Shown: one piece after another, positions 36,381 through 44,556 of the stretch | How the letters are laid out: the number at the start of each line of letters is the position of its first letter | Numbering within the stretch: position 1 is the first letter of the stretch | Virus record (IMG/VR): IMGVR_UViG_3300001605_000009 | Reading direction: 5' to 3' (one strand) | Origin: a virus | Lineage: Duplodnaviria > Heunggongvirae > Uroviricota > Caudoviricetes | Length of the DNA stretch: 64,000 bases | Program-made: the position numbers and the translations under genes | Notes under the pieces: generated by a model | What the model saw: only the letters and a program-made list of their open reading frames with translations | What the model was told of the DNA's origin: nothing | Database searches by the model: none

Positions 36381-36457
36381 CATCTAAATTTGGTGAACCC
36401 TCTGGGATTCGAACCCAGGATCGCGGATTAAAAGCCCACTGCTTTAGGCCTACTAAG
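36381..36457 (-). tRNA. tRNA-Lys (UUU)
   Basis: Acceptor strands GGACCCT and AGGGTTC, anticodon loop CTTTTAA, and T-arm CTGGG-TTCGAAT-CCCAG. Confidence 0.7.
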
Positions 36458-36471
36458 CTAAGGGTCCGTTA

Positions 36472-36768
36472 TTACTTTGATCCGTAACAGGTATGTTCAG
36501 TCTCTTGCTTAAAGCTTCGAATAGCTAGATCCTTCATTTCCTGCGTCGGATAGACGGGAGTCTTAAAAGCATAGCGAATCATGCTCTTGGTTAGCTCGGT
36601 AACTTGAGTGTTAGGAGTAACCATATTCAGTACTTCCTGCTCTTCTAGTCCGAGTTGTCGTGCCCACATAACACTACCTGCTAGTTCTCCCATAGAGGAA
36701 CATACGTTGGCAGCCGCAGGAGTGCAGGACATTACAAAAGCAGTAAAAGCTAGTACAATCTTATTCAT
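36472..36768 (-). CDS. small secreted or periplasmic protein with a signal peptide
   Basis: N-terminal hydrophobic signal MNKIVLAFTAFVMSCTPAAA. Confidence 0.4.
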   Translation of the reverse strand: MNKIVLAFTAFVMSCTPAAANVCSSMGELAGSVMWARQLGLEEQEVLNMVTPNTQVTELTKSMIRYAFKTPVYPTQEMKDLAIRSFKQETEHTCYGSK

Positions 36769-37144
36769 TTTCTAAATCCACTAGGTGTGCACGAATGAAA
36801 TCTACGTTCGATAAGGCTTTGTGCAGAGCCTGTAGATCAAGTTTACCAGCTTTAGCCAGTGATGGAATCTCTAGTCCGAACCAGTCACCAATCTCCTTAG
36901 CAAGGTCCTCCTTGCGAGTAATGGGTTCTCCGTTCTTGCTAACACGAATGGGAGCCTTATAAACTCCAGCACTAGATAGCTTAGCAATAATAGAGCGAGC
37001 ACTTTTACCAAGCTCCTCTGCTAGACGATCTACGGTTGCGCGAGTAGGCTCAGCCGAGTACTCGTCAATAATAAGTTGGCTAGTTTCCTCTGTGTAACTC
37101 ATGGTCACTCCAATATAGTTGTGTAAGTCCATAACTAAGGCCAT
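36761..37144 (-). CDS. helix-turn-helix paralog family member
   Basis: Motif LAEELGKSARSIIAKLSSAGVY. Confidence 0.5.
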   Translation of the reverse strand: MALVMDLHNYIGVTMSYTEETSQLIIDEYSAEPTRATVDRLAEELGKSARSIIAKLSSAGVYKAPIRVSKNGEPITRKEDLAKEIGDWFGLEIPSLAKAGKLDLQALHKALSNVDFIRAHLVDLENE

Positions 37145-37505
37145 AGGCCTCTACTTCCCACGGACTAAAATAATACTGTTCAGAGCCAACCTTGCTATCT
37201 TCGAACTTCTCGCCCTTCCAGATAGAATGGGCGTTGCCATCGACTAAATCTCCACGTGCATACTGTTCAACATGGACCATTTCGTGTGCTAGAACCCCTA
37301 CTGACTCGGCTCCCTTTTCTAGTACAACTAGGAAAGTTTTGATAATATCACTAGCTTCTGGAAAGTGCTCGCAGTAGCCATACATCCCTTTTAGCTTCTT
37401 TTTAATCTTGATGTGAATAAACACAGAGTCATCAAGACCCAGCTTATCAGCAAAAAATCCAGCTGCCTTGGTTAGCTTCTTACTCTTACAATCAATGATT
37501 GCCAT
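37080..37505 (-). CDS. putative zinc metallopeptidase (HExxH)
   Basis: HEMVHVEQ motif, with a consensus promoter upstream. Confidence 0.45.
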   Translation of the reverse strand: MAIIDCKSKKLTKAAGFFADKLGLDDSVFIHIKIKKKLKGMYGYCEHFPEASDIIKTFLVVLEKGAESVGVLAHEMVHVEQYARGDLVDGNAHSIWKGEKFEDSKVGSEQYYFSPWEVEAYGLSYGLTQLYWSDHELHRGN

Positions 37506-37514
37506 TGGATGATC

Positions 37515-37560
37515 CTTATATCAGAAATGGGGCGTACTGTCAAGAACTATTTTTGAATAG
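37515..37560 (-). promoter_or_regulatory. sigma70 promoter with TTGACA, a 17-nt spacer and TATAAG
   Basis: The minus strand reads aaaaatagttcTTGACAgtacgccccatttctgaTATAAG. Confidence 0.6.
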
Positions 37561-37825
37561 CGTTCCTAAGAGTTACTAGATCATCGAGAACTAACTTATC
37601 AAGACCTTTAAATGGGGTTCCTAGAATATTCTCGATTTGCTTTACTAGGTCAGCTTTTGACTCTTTCTTCATCTTAACTGGCTCTCTCAACTCTAGTGGC
37701 CTATAGCTTAGGTTACGTTCACGAATACGAGCTAGGACGTGACGAACTGGGTGTCCACTATTAAGAGATACCGCTAGTGCGGTTTCGTAGTTATGCTCTT
37801 CAAATTGATCTAGAAAGTAATCCAA
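37547..37825 (-). CDS. hypothetical protein with a TTG start
   Basis: ORF with the ribosome-binding site taaggagac upstream of the TTG. Confidence 0.4.
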   Translation of the reverse strand: MDYFLDQFEEHNYETALAVSLNSGHPVRHVLARIRERNLSYRPLELREPVKMKKESKADLVKQIENILGTPFKGLDKLVLDDLVTLRNAIQK

Positions 37826-37880
37826 CTGCTTGTCTCCTTATTTAGATAAATATATCGTAAATAAGGAGACAAATCAAGAG

Positions 37881-38369
37881 TTATTTTGAGTGTTCCTCGC
37901 AAAGAGTACGAATCCAACCTGTCTTTGTTGGCTTTCCTTTATTACCGCAGACTTCGCAGATGCGATAACTCATTTCCTCGGCCATTGTTTCTAGACCTCG
38001 AATGTACTCATCGCCACCACTATAATAGAAACGAAGGCCTCCGAATTTTTCTTTGACCTGAACGGCAACCACCTGATCAATAGGTTCTGGTAGTGGGCGA
38101 GGCTCACGACTCATCCAAGGTTCTCGATCTTGGAAGTCTGTTTTTGCGTGTTCTGCTAGTTCATCATTGAACTTCTTTGTCAGTTCAATAGAACGGTTAC
38201 GCCAATCAATGTGCCCCTGAATAAGAGCACAAAGTTTATCAAGTAGGTCGTACCATCCGTCACCTACGGACAGGCCCCAATACATACAGGTCTTACTAGG
38301 ATCTTCGTAGCGATCACGAAAGATAAGTGGGTACTTTTCACAAAGCTTTTTATCGAGATCAGAATGCAT
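37881..38369 (-). CDS. hypothetical protein with a C-terminal zinc ribbon
   Basis: CEVCGNKG...CEEH motif. Confidence 0.4.
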   Translation of the reverse strand: MHSDLDKKLCEKYPLIFRDRYEDPSKTCMYWGLSVGDGWYDLLDKLCALIQGHIDWRNRSIELTKKFNDELAEHAKTDFQDREPWMSREPRPLPEPIDQVVAVQVKEKFGGLRFYYSGGDEYIRGLETMAEEMSYRICEVCGNKGKPTKTGWIRTLCEEHSK

Positions 38370-38796
38370 TTAGTTTCTCCTGAATTTCAAGGTAGAACTT
38401 GTGATACTTAGCAATACGGGCTACATCCTTCTCGGTGACACCCTTTAGACGGCGAATATCCGAATTGTGACGAAGATCACAAAGCTTGACTCGCATTGCA
38501 TCATGACTGTTAAGTACTTGCTGCTTATAGTTGTCGTAGGACTGGCCATCACGCTTCGTTAGATTTAGAATACCATCTACAACACGATCAGAGAATCCCT
38601 CGTCAAGCAACCTCCGACTAGAAGTATCCGTGTCCTCTAGAAGGTCATGCCCCAGGGCAATACACATAAGTTCTTCGTCTTCGGAGTTTAGATAGTGCAT
38701 AACTTTTAGACAGTGAAATACGTAAGGCTTCCCAGCCTTATCATACTGTCCTTTATGCGCCTCGCACACAATGCTCAGCATGTTTTCTAGGTTCAT
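38359..38796 (-). CDS. HD-domain phosphohydrolase resembling the (p)ppGpp hydrolase domain of Rel/SpoT (small alarmone hydrolase-like)
   Basis: AHKGQYDKAGKPYVFHCLKV...ALGHDLLEDT matches the SpoT/Mesh1 HD signature (HxGQxRKxGxPYxxH...LHDxxEDT). Confidence 0.6.
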   Translation of the reverse strand: MNLENMLSIVCEAHKGQYDKAGKPYVFHCLKVMHYLNSEDEELMCIALGHDLLEDTDTSSRRLLDEGFSDRVVDGILNLTKRDGQSYDNYKQQVLNSHDAMRVKLCDLRHNSDIRRLKGVTEKDVARIAKYHKFYLEIQEKLNAF

Positions 38797-38994
38797 TACT
38801 CAAAGTCCTTCTCTAGATGTTCCATCACACCTTCCCACAGCTTTTTAAAGGCTGGGTTACTGGCGTTTTTCCACGCCGTAAAGGCTAGATACCAACGAAA
38901 TTCTGGTGAGGTTCTAATCACTGGTTTTCTCCTGCACAATCTTTACAAGTTTGTAGTTCTGTCTCTTTATGTATTCAATATACAGAGAAACGGC

Positions 38995-39225
38995 TTACAG
39001 GTCAACATAAGACTTTAGATATGCTATTTCTTCTTCCGCATCCTGAGCGTACTCTATGTTCTCTAGCACTAGTAGAGAGATTTCCTCGCGCGCTTCCCTG
39101 ATTTCTTTGACAGCACGCATCATCCTGCTCATAGCAAGTGCGAGTTTGGCGTCTTGTTCGCCATCTACCGCCTTCATAACACGAAGATGTTCAATGCTTT
39201 GTCGTAGCTCTTCTTCAATAAACAT
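38995..39225 (-). CDS. hypothetical coiled-coil protein
   Basis: ORF only. Confidence 0.3.
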   Translation of the reverse strand: MFIEEELRQSIEHLRVMKAVDGEQDAKLALAMSRMMRAVKEIREAREEISLLVLENIEYAQDAEEEIAYLKSYVDL

Positions 39226-39246
39226 AGTTATCCTTTAGTGCTGAGG

Positions 39247-39552
39247 TCACCGTCCCGCCTCCCATGCTTCACGCTCCTTGCGCATTTGCTCGGTGGCGCG
39301 GGTGAGGTTGGCGCAAGGTCGGATGTGCGGCATTAATGCGCTGCCACCTAACCATGCTGCTACCACCCGCTTCGCCGCTTCTTCGTCAGGATCGGTCATC
39401 GGTGCAGGCGGGTTCATTAGCAGCTCGGCTACGGTTAAGACGGCGGGGTAATCGCGGCACCCCGGCCATTTGTAGTCATATACCGGTCCACTAGCATTCA
39501 GCAACCGCACGGCTTCGCGGCCTACGTGGTCGGGGATGGTGGTCATTTCCAA
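39247..39552 (-). CDS. hypothetical protein encoded in a GC-rich islet
   Basis: ORF in a segment of roughly 58% GC. It overlaps the upstream small ORF. Confidence 0.4.
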   Translation of the reverse strand: MEMTTIPDHVGREAVRLLNASGPVYDYKWPGCRDYPAVLTVAELLMNPPAPMTDPDEEAAKRVVAAWLGGSALMPHIRPCANLTRATEQMRKEREAWEAGR

Positions 39553-39683
39553 CTACCCCTTTTTGAAAATGATCGGGCGACGTAAAACCCGAACCATGCC
39601 AGCGCCAGAATGACGATAATCGTTGGAACGCCGATCAAGGCGGCAAGCGCCCAAAGCGCCCAAGTGGGGATTGTGAATGTCAT
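39543..39683 (-). CDS. small single-pass membrane protein (46 residues) in the GC-rich islet
   Basis: MTFTIPTWALWALAALIGVPTIIVILALAWFGFYVARSFSKRGSWK. Its ATG overlaps the stop of the upstream gene as ATGA. Confidence 0.4.
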   Translation of the reverse strand: MTFTIPTWALWALAALIGVPTIIVILALAWFGFYVARSFSKRGSWK

Positions 39684-39979
39684 GGCTGGCCTTTCGTGAA
39701 GGGTGCGAGGGCTTGGCGCATCTGTTCAAATGCCACAGTCGGTACGAGAACATATCTGGGGTGATGGTGCTCGCTGGTCATGTAGTCATCACCCATCGCC
39801 TTCGCAGCCTCCACCAGCGCAGCCACATCGGTTGCAACAGGCGTTGCATCTGTGCGTGTGGCGAGGATGCGATGCTGCGCTGCAATTTCGGAGGCCGTAT
39901 CGCAATTTACATCCCAAGCATTCCGAATGTTTCTAGCGCAGTCCTTATCAGCTTGAGTCACTTCGATCTTATCAGTCAT
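39680..39979 (-). CDS. hypothetical protein in the GC-rich islet
   Basis: 99-residue ORF whose composition differs from the rest of the window. Confidence 0.4.
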   Translation of the reverse strand: MTDKIEVTQADKDCARNIRNAWDVNCDTASEIAAQHRILATRTDATPVATDVAALVEAAKAMGDDYMTSEHHHPRYVLVPTVAFEQMRQALAPFTKGQP

Positions 39980-40080
39980 TTCTATCTCCTATTCATGAAT
40001 ATATATAGCAGGAACTAACTAAATAGTCAATATAAAAATTATAGTAGCCCATAGAATAATAGAAACTATACACCCAACTC

Positions 40081-40578
40081 TCATAGAAACTTCACAGCTA
40101 GTGCTGTGGCGTCCCACCAGGCGTTATGCTGTACCGCCTCAGTTAGTAATGTAGGGTAACAATCAATGTTCTCTACTGTGAACTTAATCTGCCTGTATCC
40201 AGTAGACTCCCACCCACCGTCTGGTCCAGTTGAGAGAGCCTTACAGAAACGGTAAATATCTACAGGGCTGTCTGCGACGATTTCGAAATCTACATCAGGT
40301 AGAAAGGCTCTCAGTACGGCACCCACATCATTTGTGTTGACATTGATGACCTTCGACGCAAGATGAGAATCTAATACAGGAATTACGTTTCCTGCTACCC
40401 ACGGGTCACACACTAAAGCATCGGCCACTTTGATATAAATGCTATCATGAATATTTACTAGAGCCATACTGATTAGATCACCGTCGTGGCCATCAAATTC
40501 ACAATCAAGGTAATATTTCATATATGTCTGCTTCCTTATATAGAGATTTCCAGTATTCAGCCTCGTACTCGGTATCAA
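40081..40578 (-). CDS. small DEDDh-type 3'-5' exonuclease
   Basis: Exo I motif YYLDCEFDG and Exo III motif HNAWWDA. Confidence 0.5.
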   Translation of the reverse strand: MIPSTRLNTGNLYIRKQTYMKYYLDCEFDGHDGDLISMALVNIHDSIYIKVADALVCDPWVAGNVIPVLDSHLASKVINVNTNDVGAVLRAFLPDVDFEIVADSPVDIYRFCKALSTGPDGGWESTGYRQIKFTVENIDCYPTLLTEAVQHNAWWDATALAVKFL

Positions 40579-40647
40579 ATGTCATAGGCCTAAGATCGTC
40601 TAGAGGGCCTTCCATCAAAGGAAGACCCTCTACAATAATTCCATACT

Positions 40648-41193
40648 TCATGCTAGCTTATATACCGTATTTCGTGTAATAAGACGAGTACCTTCAATAC
40701 CCTTAACCTCTGAAGTCGTAATCTTATCTCCATCACGGAAACGATTCTTTGAATCTCCGTAGATTTCTCCGGTTACTACAGTGCAATCGTAATGGAAGCT
40801 TTTTACTAGGTGCCAATTACGAAGCTCAGCATCATAAGGAGCTTCTTTTACTTCTACTACTTTCATTGGTTCTTTCTCCGATCTTTCTAGGTGACTGTGC
40901 ATAGCGGCTCCGCAGAAGAACCTATCACCTTCATTGAATTTAACATCATTAAGATAAAACGGTTTTAGTGTAATATCTCCATTTGAGCTCACTCTACAGG
41001 TAGAGATATAACCCTTCTTCTCTAGATACATACGTAGACGAGCGAAGCTAGGGTGATCTACTGATCCGTGTGAGGACCAGCTTCCACCCACTTCAGATTG
41101 TTCGCAGTTGATAGCATCAACCACCGCACATAGGTACTTTGGATCAATACGCATACGTAGGGTATACAGCTCTAGTGACGGTTGAAAGCTCAT
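40648..41193 (-). CDS. hypothetical protein
   Basis: ORF only. Confidence 0.35.
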   Translation of the reverse strand: MSFQPSLELYTLRMRIDPKYLCAVVDAINCEQSEVGGSWSSHGSVDHPSFARLRMYLEKKGYISTCRVSSNGDITLKPFYLNDVKFNEGDRFFCGAAMHSHLERSEKEPMKVVEVKEAPYDAELRNWHLVKSFHYDCTVVTGEIYGDSKNRFRDGDKITTSEVKGIEGTRLITRNTVYKLA

Positions 41194-41498
41194 TTGTACT
41201 GCTCACTCTGTAGTGAGAAATCCTCTTCAAAGGAACCACCTCCAGCCCGGAGGCCTTCATGTTCTTCTGAGTCATATTCTTCCCACCAGTACTCTAGATC
41301 ATCTGAGGTGACTTCGTTATCATACTCATTAGAGTAATCATCCACTAAATCCCAGCCGTACATTTGGGCATTTTCCACCGACGCCTCGTAGCAATATTCG
41401 GTAATCTTGTCATCTGAAGTATCATTTGACACTAGAAGTGCCTCTGCAAAATCAGTTCCTACAGTTTTAGCTGATCCTCGAAGAATAATCTTACGCAT
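41190..41498 (-). CDS. hypothetical acidic protein
   Basis: ORF only. Confidence 0.35.
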   Translation of the reverse strand: MRKIILRGSAKTVGTDFAEALLVSNDTSDDKITEYCYEASVENAQMYGWDLVDDYSNEYDNEVTSDDLEYWWEEYDSEEHEGLRAGGGSFEEDFSLQSEQYK

Positions 41499-41528
41499 TG
41501 GAAATCTCCTCTTGATACCACCATTATA

Positions 41529-42014
41529 TCATTGTGGACCACAAGGGTCAACAATGATTTGGTGGAATCCCTCATCTAATGTGGGCGGCTGATAGTTACG
41601 ATCCATCTGCCTAAGAATATGCTCTGGAATCCGTTTATCAGGCCTGCTAGCAAGTCGTTCTGCCCAATTATCAGGAATTGGAAAAACAACTGCCGTAAAC
41701 TTATGGTTTGGCAATGCCTTAAACAACCGTGCGCGACTCTTTACTGTTAAGTTTGTACGATCAATGTAAACATCTTCGTTACACCCTTCTAGAAGTTCCC
41801 AAAAATGTGCCTCTGCTTTCTTGATGTATTCTGGGAACACATTATTATATGTTTGTCCTCTAAGCTTAGCAAATAACTCGATAAAATCATCACTAGAAGC
41901 TACAAAGATATTATCTGGTCGGCTGGCAAGCCACGTAGACTTGCCAACTCCAGGAAGACCCACTAAAACATACGCATTAGGCATTATAAATAACTCCTGG
42001 AAACCATTCTGCAC
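41529..42014 (-). CDS. P-loop polynucleotide kinase-like protein (kinase domain of T4 Pnk-type)
   Basis: Walker A motif GLPGVGKST. The gene is small and sits next to the RNA ligase genes. Confidence 0.6.
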   Translation of the reverse strand: MQNGFQELFIMPNAYVLVGLPGVGKSTWLASRPDNIFVASSDDFIELFAKLRGQTYNNVFPEYIKKAEAHFWELLEGCNEDVYIDRTNLTVKSRARLFKALPNHKFTAVVFPIPDNWAERLASRPDKRIPEHILRQMDRNYQPPTLDEGFHQIIVDPCGPQ

Positions 42015-43191
42015 GGATTTCTTCGTACTTACTAGTCTTAGCTAGATTCTTGCGAATAGTATTATAAATTTTTTGCTCACAAACACTAACGGCATCTACG
42101 TACAGAACCTCGTCCCACATAGCAAACGCTATAGATCTATTAAGCCCACTCATTTTATTCGCATATGTGGTCGCGAAAGTCTTCCGATCCATACCACCGA
42201 TACGCCGACAGTTAGATACTTGTGAAACAATAGAGAGTGCCAAAGGATGAATAACTTTATTAAAGTCATTCTCGAACTGAGAAAGACGATCACGCTCTTC
42301 TTGTGGAAGATGCGCTTTCACGTCGTCTAGCTTTTGATCTAGAATAAGTTCAACAATGTGGCGATCCTGTAGAATACGCTCCTTAGCCTTGTGAATCTGC
42401 ACGTACCAGTCACACTTTAGCTTTACCATGTGTCCGTTGTCAAAACGCACAACGAAGCCTTCAGTGTCCTGAAGATCACGAGTGTGCTCAATAAGACCGT
42501 TGATGTGCTCCTGGGACGGGAAGGATTTCACAATTGGGATATTATACTTCTCGATAATAGGATAGTTATTATGAAGGTTGATAATATAACTACCGCGCTC
42601 CATATTACGAATAGCTGTAAGAATCAGACGATCCTCTGGATAGTCTAGAACGATGCGCTGCTTACGTGAGCACCACTCAAAAATAGGAGTAAACCCATTC
42701 TCGATAAGATCACGAGAGAAGTCAATGTAGTGTGGATTGTTATTCACAAACTCCTCAACAGGCTTCGCCACATCAGTAGCACCCATCTTAGTACCGAATA
42801 CTAGAACAGCACGATTAAAGAATGGGGCAATCATTGATCCATCCAGTTTATCCAGAATGATGTGATCCTCATACAGAGGAACATTCTCGGTCTCTGGTCG
42901 TTCGTTTACGTTGAAGAACTTGTGATAAGGACGGCGAAGAATATCGCCCGTTTCGTTGTCAAAGATAATACCCCGACATTCACGACGAGTAGCAGCGTGC
43001 TTAGCATCCGTAAAAGCTAGCTTGTTAAGCTGCTCGCTCCACTCAATCACAGGCGGAAAAGTATCCTCAAACATCACATTGTAGTTGATAACGGTATAAC
43101 CGTCTTTAACAGCCACTACAAATTCACTACGACCTTCAATCGCAGGAAGCACATCACTGATGTTACGAATTACTGGGAATTGATAGTTCAT
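41977..43191 (-). CDS. RNA ligase 1 (T4 RnlA-like)
   Basis: ECRGIIFDNETGDILRRPYHKFFNVNERPET aligns with the T4 Rnl1 segment [34 protein letters not shown]. The nucleotidyltransferase lysine motif DKLDGSM is present. Confidence 0.75.
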   Translation of the reverse strand: MNYQFPVIRNISDVLPAIEGRSEFVVAVKDGYTVINYNVMFEDTFPPVIEWSEQLNKLAFTDAKHAATRRECRGIIFDNETGDILRRPYHKFFNVNERPETENVPLYEDHIILDKLDGSMIAPFFNRAVLVFGTKMGATDVAKPVEEFVNNNPHYIDFSRDLIENGFTPIFEWCSRKQRIVLDYPEDRLILTAIRNMERGSYIINLHNNYPIIEKYNIPIVKSFPSQEHINGLIEHTRDLQDTEGFVVRFDNGHMVKLKCDWYVQIHKAKERILQDRHIVELILDQKLDDVKAHLPQEERDRLSQFENDFNKVIHPLALSIVSQVSNCRRIGGMDRKTFATTYANKMSGLNRSIAFAMWDEVLYVDAVSVCEQKIYNTIRKNLAKTSKYEEIRAEWFPGVIYNA

Positions 43192-43199
43192 TTGTCTCT

Positions 43200-43262
43200 C
43201 CTCTTTGAACCTTTATAGCCCAAAAACGAAAAAAAGTCAAGGCCTATTTTTGGCCTTGACTA
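43200..43262 (-). promoter_or_regulatory. overlapping terminator hairpin and promoter (TTGACT, 17-nt spacer, TATAAA)
   Basis: The minus strand reads GTCAAGGCC-loop-GGCCTTGAC followed by TTTTTTTCG. The TTGACT inside the 3' arm of the hairpin is followed by a 17-nt spacer, TATAAA, a ribosome-binding site and the ATG of the Rnl1-like gene. Confidence 0.55.
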
Positions 43263-43531
43263 ATTCTTTTGTATCGCTGTCGTAACGTAGAAATGACTAT
43301 TTCCCATAGAAACCAAGCACCAAATCCGCCAAATAAGACGTAGGCAGCTAGTGTCTCTCCTAAAAGGTATTCTATACCTAGTTCTACTCCAATTGATAGT
43401 CCACCGACTACTACCACAATAGCTAAAGTTCCTGCTAGAGCCACTCCTAGTAAGATAAAGAAGTCTTTACTTGGAGTAAGTGTCTTTTGTAATGCTTTCC
43501 AATTCATTCTGGCCCACTCCCGTTGCCCCAA
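43244..43531 (-). CDS. small membrane protein
   Basis: Two hydrophobic helices. Confidence 0.4.
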   Translation of the reverse strand: MGQREWARMNWKALQKTLTPSKDFFILLGVALAGTLAIVVVVGGLSIGVELGIEYLLGETLAAYVLFGGFGAWFLWEIVISTLRQRYKRISQGQK

Positions 43532-44160
43532 GCCTTGACAGGCCCAACATATCCTACTACTTCCCAGCGATCCTTAATACGAGCTTCTACTTCGTCGAAG
43601 GACAGAGGCTCGTAGTTAGTGTGCTCTACAGATACACAGAGATAACGCGGGTCAGGAACAGATACTGACTTATATTCACTAGGGTGGGAACTATGGTAAT
43701 CGCTCCAGCCTTTGGATACCATTTTATGCCTAGTCTGCATTACTTCATTGGCATGAAGGTGCCCATGCACGTTAACCTTAAATCGGTCAGTTACGCAGTC
43801 TGGATGCAGCGGAATATGGCTAAGAATAAACTTATCCACAAACACACGAACACCATACATCTTTTCAAAGCCAACTTCCCGATAGTACTTATCATGAAAA
43901 ATATCATGATTACCGCGTACTAGACGCTTCTTACCATTAAGACGTTTTACTAGCTCTAGTGAAGGCTTCTTGATGACAACATCACCAAGATGGTAGACGG
44001 TGTCCTGCGGGCTTACTTTAGCATTCCAACGCTCGATCATGGCCTCGTCCATTTCTTCGTTAGAAGAGAACGGACGTAGAGGATCCCCATTGGGAAGCTT
44101 AAACTTCTGCCACGAATTAGTGTGCCCGAAATGGGTATCACTTATAACAAAGCTGCTCAT
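43504..44160 (-). CDS. calcineurin-like metallophosphoesterase (candidate RNA 2',3'-cyclic phosphodiesterase or 3'-phosphatase in the RNA-repair cluster)
   Basis: Phosphoesterase motifs DTHFGH, GDVV, GNHD and HGHLH. Confidence 0.65.
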   Translation of the reverse strand: MSSFVISDTHFGHTNSWQKFKLPNGDPLRPFSSNEEMDEAMIERWNAKVSPQDTVYHLGDVVIKKPSLELVKRLNGKKRLVRGNHDIFHDKYYREVGFEKMYGVRVFVDKFILSHIPLHPDCVTDRFKVNVHGHLHANEVMQTRHKMVSKGWSDYHSSHPSEYKSVSVPDPRYLCVSVEHTNYEPLSFDEVEARIKDRWEVVGYVGPVKAWGNGSGPE

Positions 44161-44383
44161 TCATATACTCCAATATATCATATAGTACGCTGGTACTGAG
44201 ACCTGTTCGACCTGTTCTTAGATCATCTCGAATACGATCACGAATCATTAGCTCCGCGGCTTCTGCATTCGTGAACATAAAATCATTAAGCTCTTGAAAC
44301 TTCTCAATTTCCTCAAATGAGGGCTCTGGATTATAAGGCTCTCGTGGTTTGTAGGGACCTAAGTCTCTATCATAGTCTGTCAT
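44138..44383 (-). CDS. hypothetical protein (start set to the ATG that overlaps the lipoprotein stop)
   Basis: The ORF in the track begins with TTG. An ATG six nucleotides downstream overlaps the lipoprotein stop as ATGA. Confidence 0.35.
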   Translation of the reverse strand: MTDYDRDLGPYKPREPYNPEPSFEEIEKFQELNDFMFTNAEAAELMIRDRIRDDLRTGRTGLSTSVLYDILEYMNEQLCYK

Positions 44384-44556
44384 GAGCAAGTATCTGGCAT
44401 ATCATAACCCGCAGAATACTTAGGGGCTATCCCATTGTCTGACCCCTGCCAGTATGCTACACCATCTATGCATATAATTTCATATTTAGGTTTAGGGGTT
44501 GGCTCACTGCAACCCGAGAGTAGACCTAGACATAGAATAATTACTGGATATTTCAT
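44380..44556 (-). CDS. small lipoprotein (58 residues, lipobox LLSGC)
   Basis: MKYPVIILCLGLLSGCSEPTPKPKY... It is below the 60-residue ORF cutoff of the track. Its ATG overlaps the Rnl2-like stop as ATGA. Confidence 0.45.
   Translation of the reverse strand: MKYPVIILCLGLLSGCSEPTPKPKYEIICIDGVAYWQGSDNGIAPKYSAGYDMPDTCS

Noticed and set aside
39553-40018. The ORFs at 39553-39753 (minus strand), 39677-40018 (plus strand) and 39703-39936 (plus strand) in the GC-rich islet
   Set aside because: High GC content generates long spurious frames. The alternative frames at 39680-39979, 39543-39683 and 39247-39552 form a tidy overlapping operon with plausible proteins.
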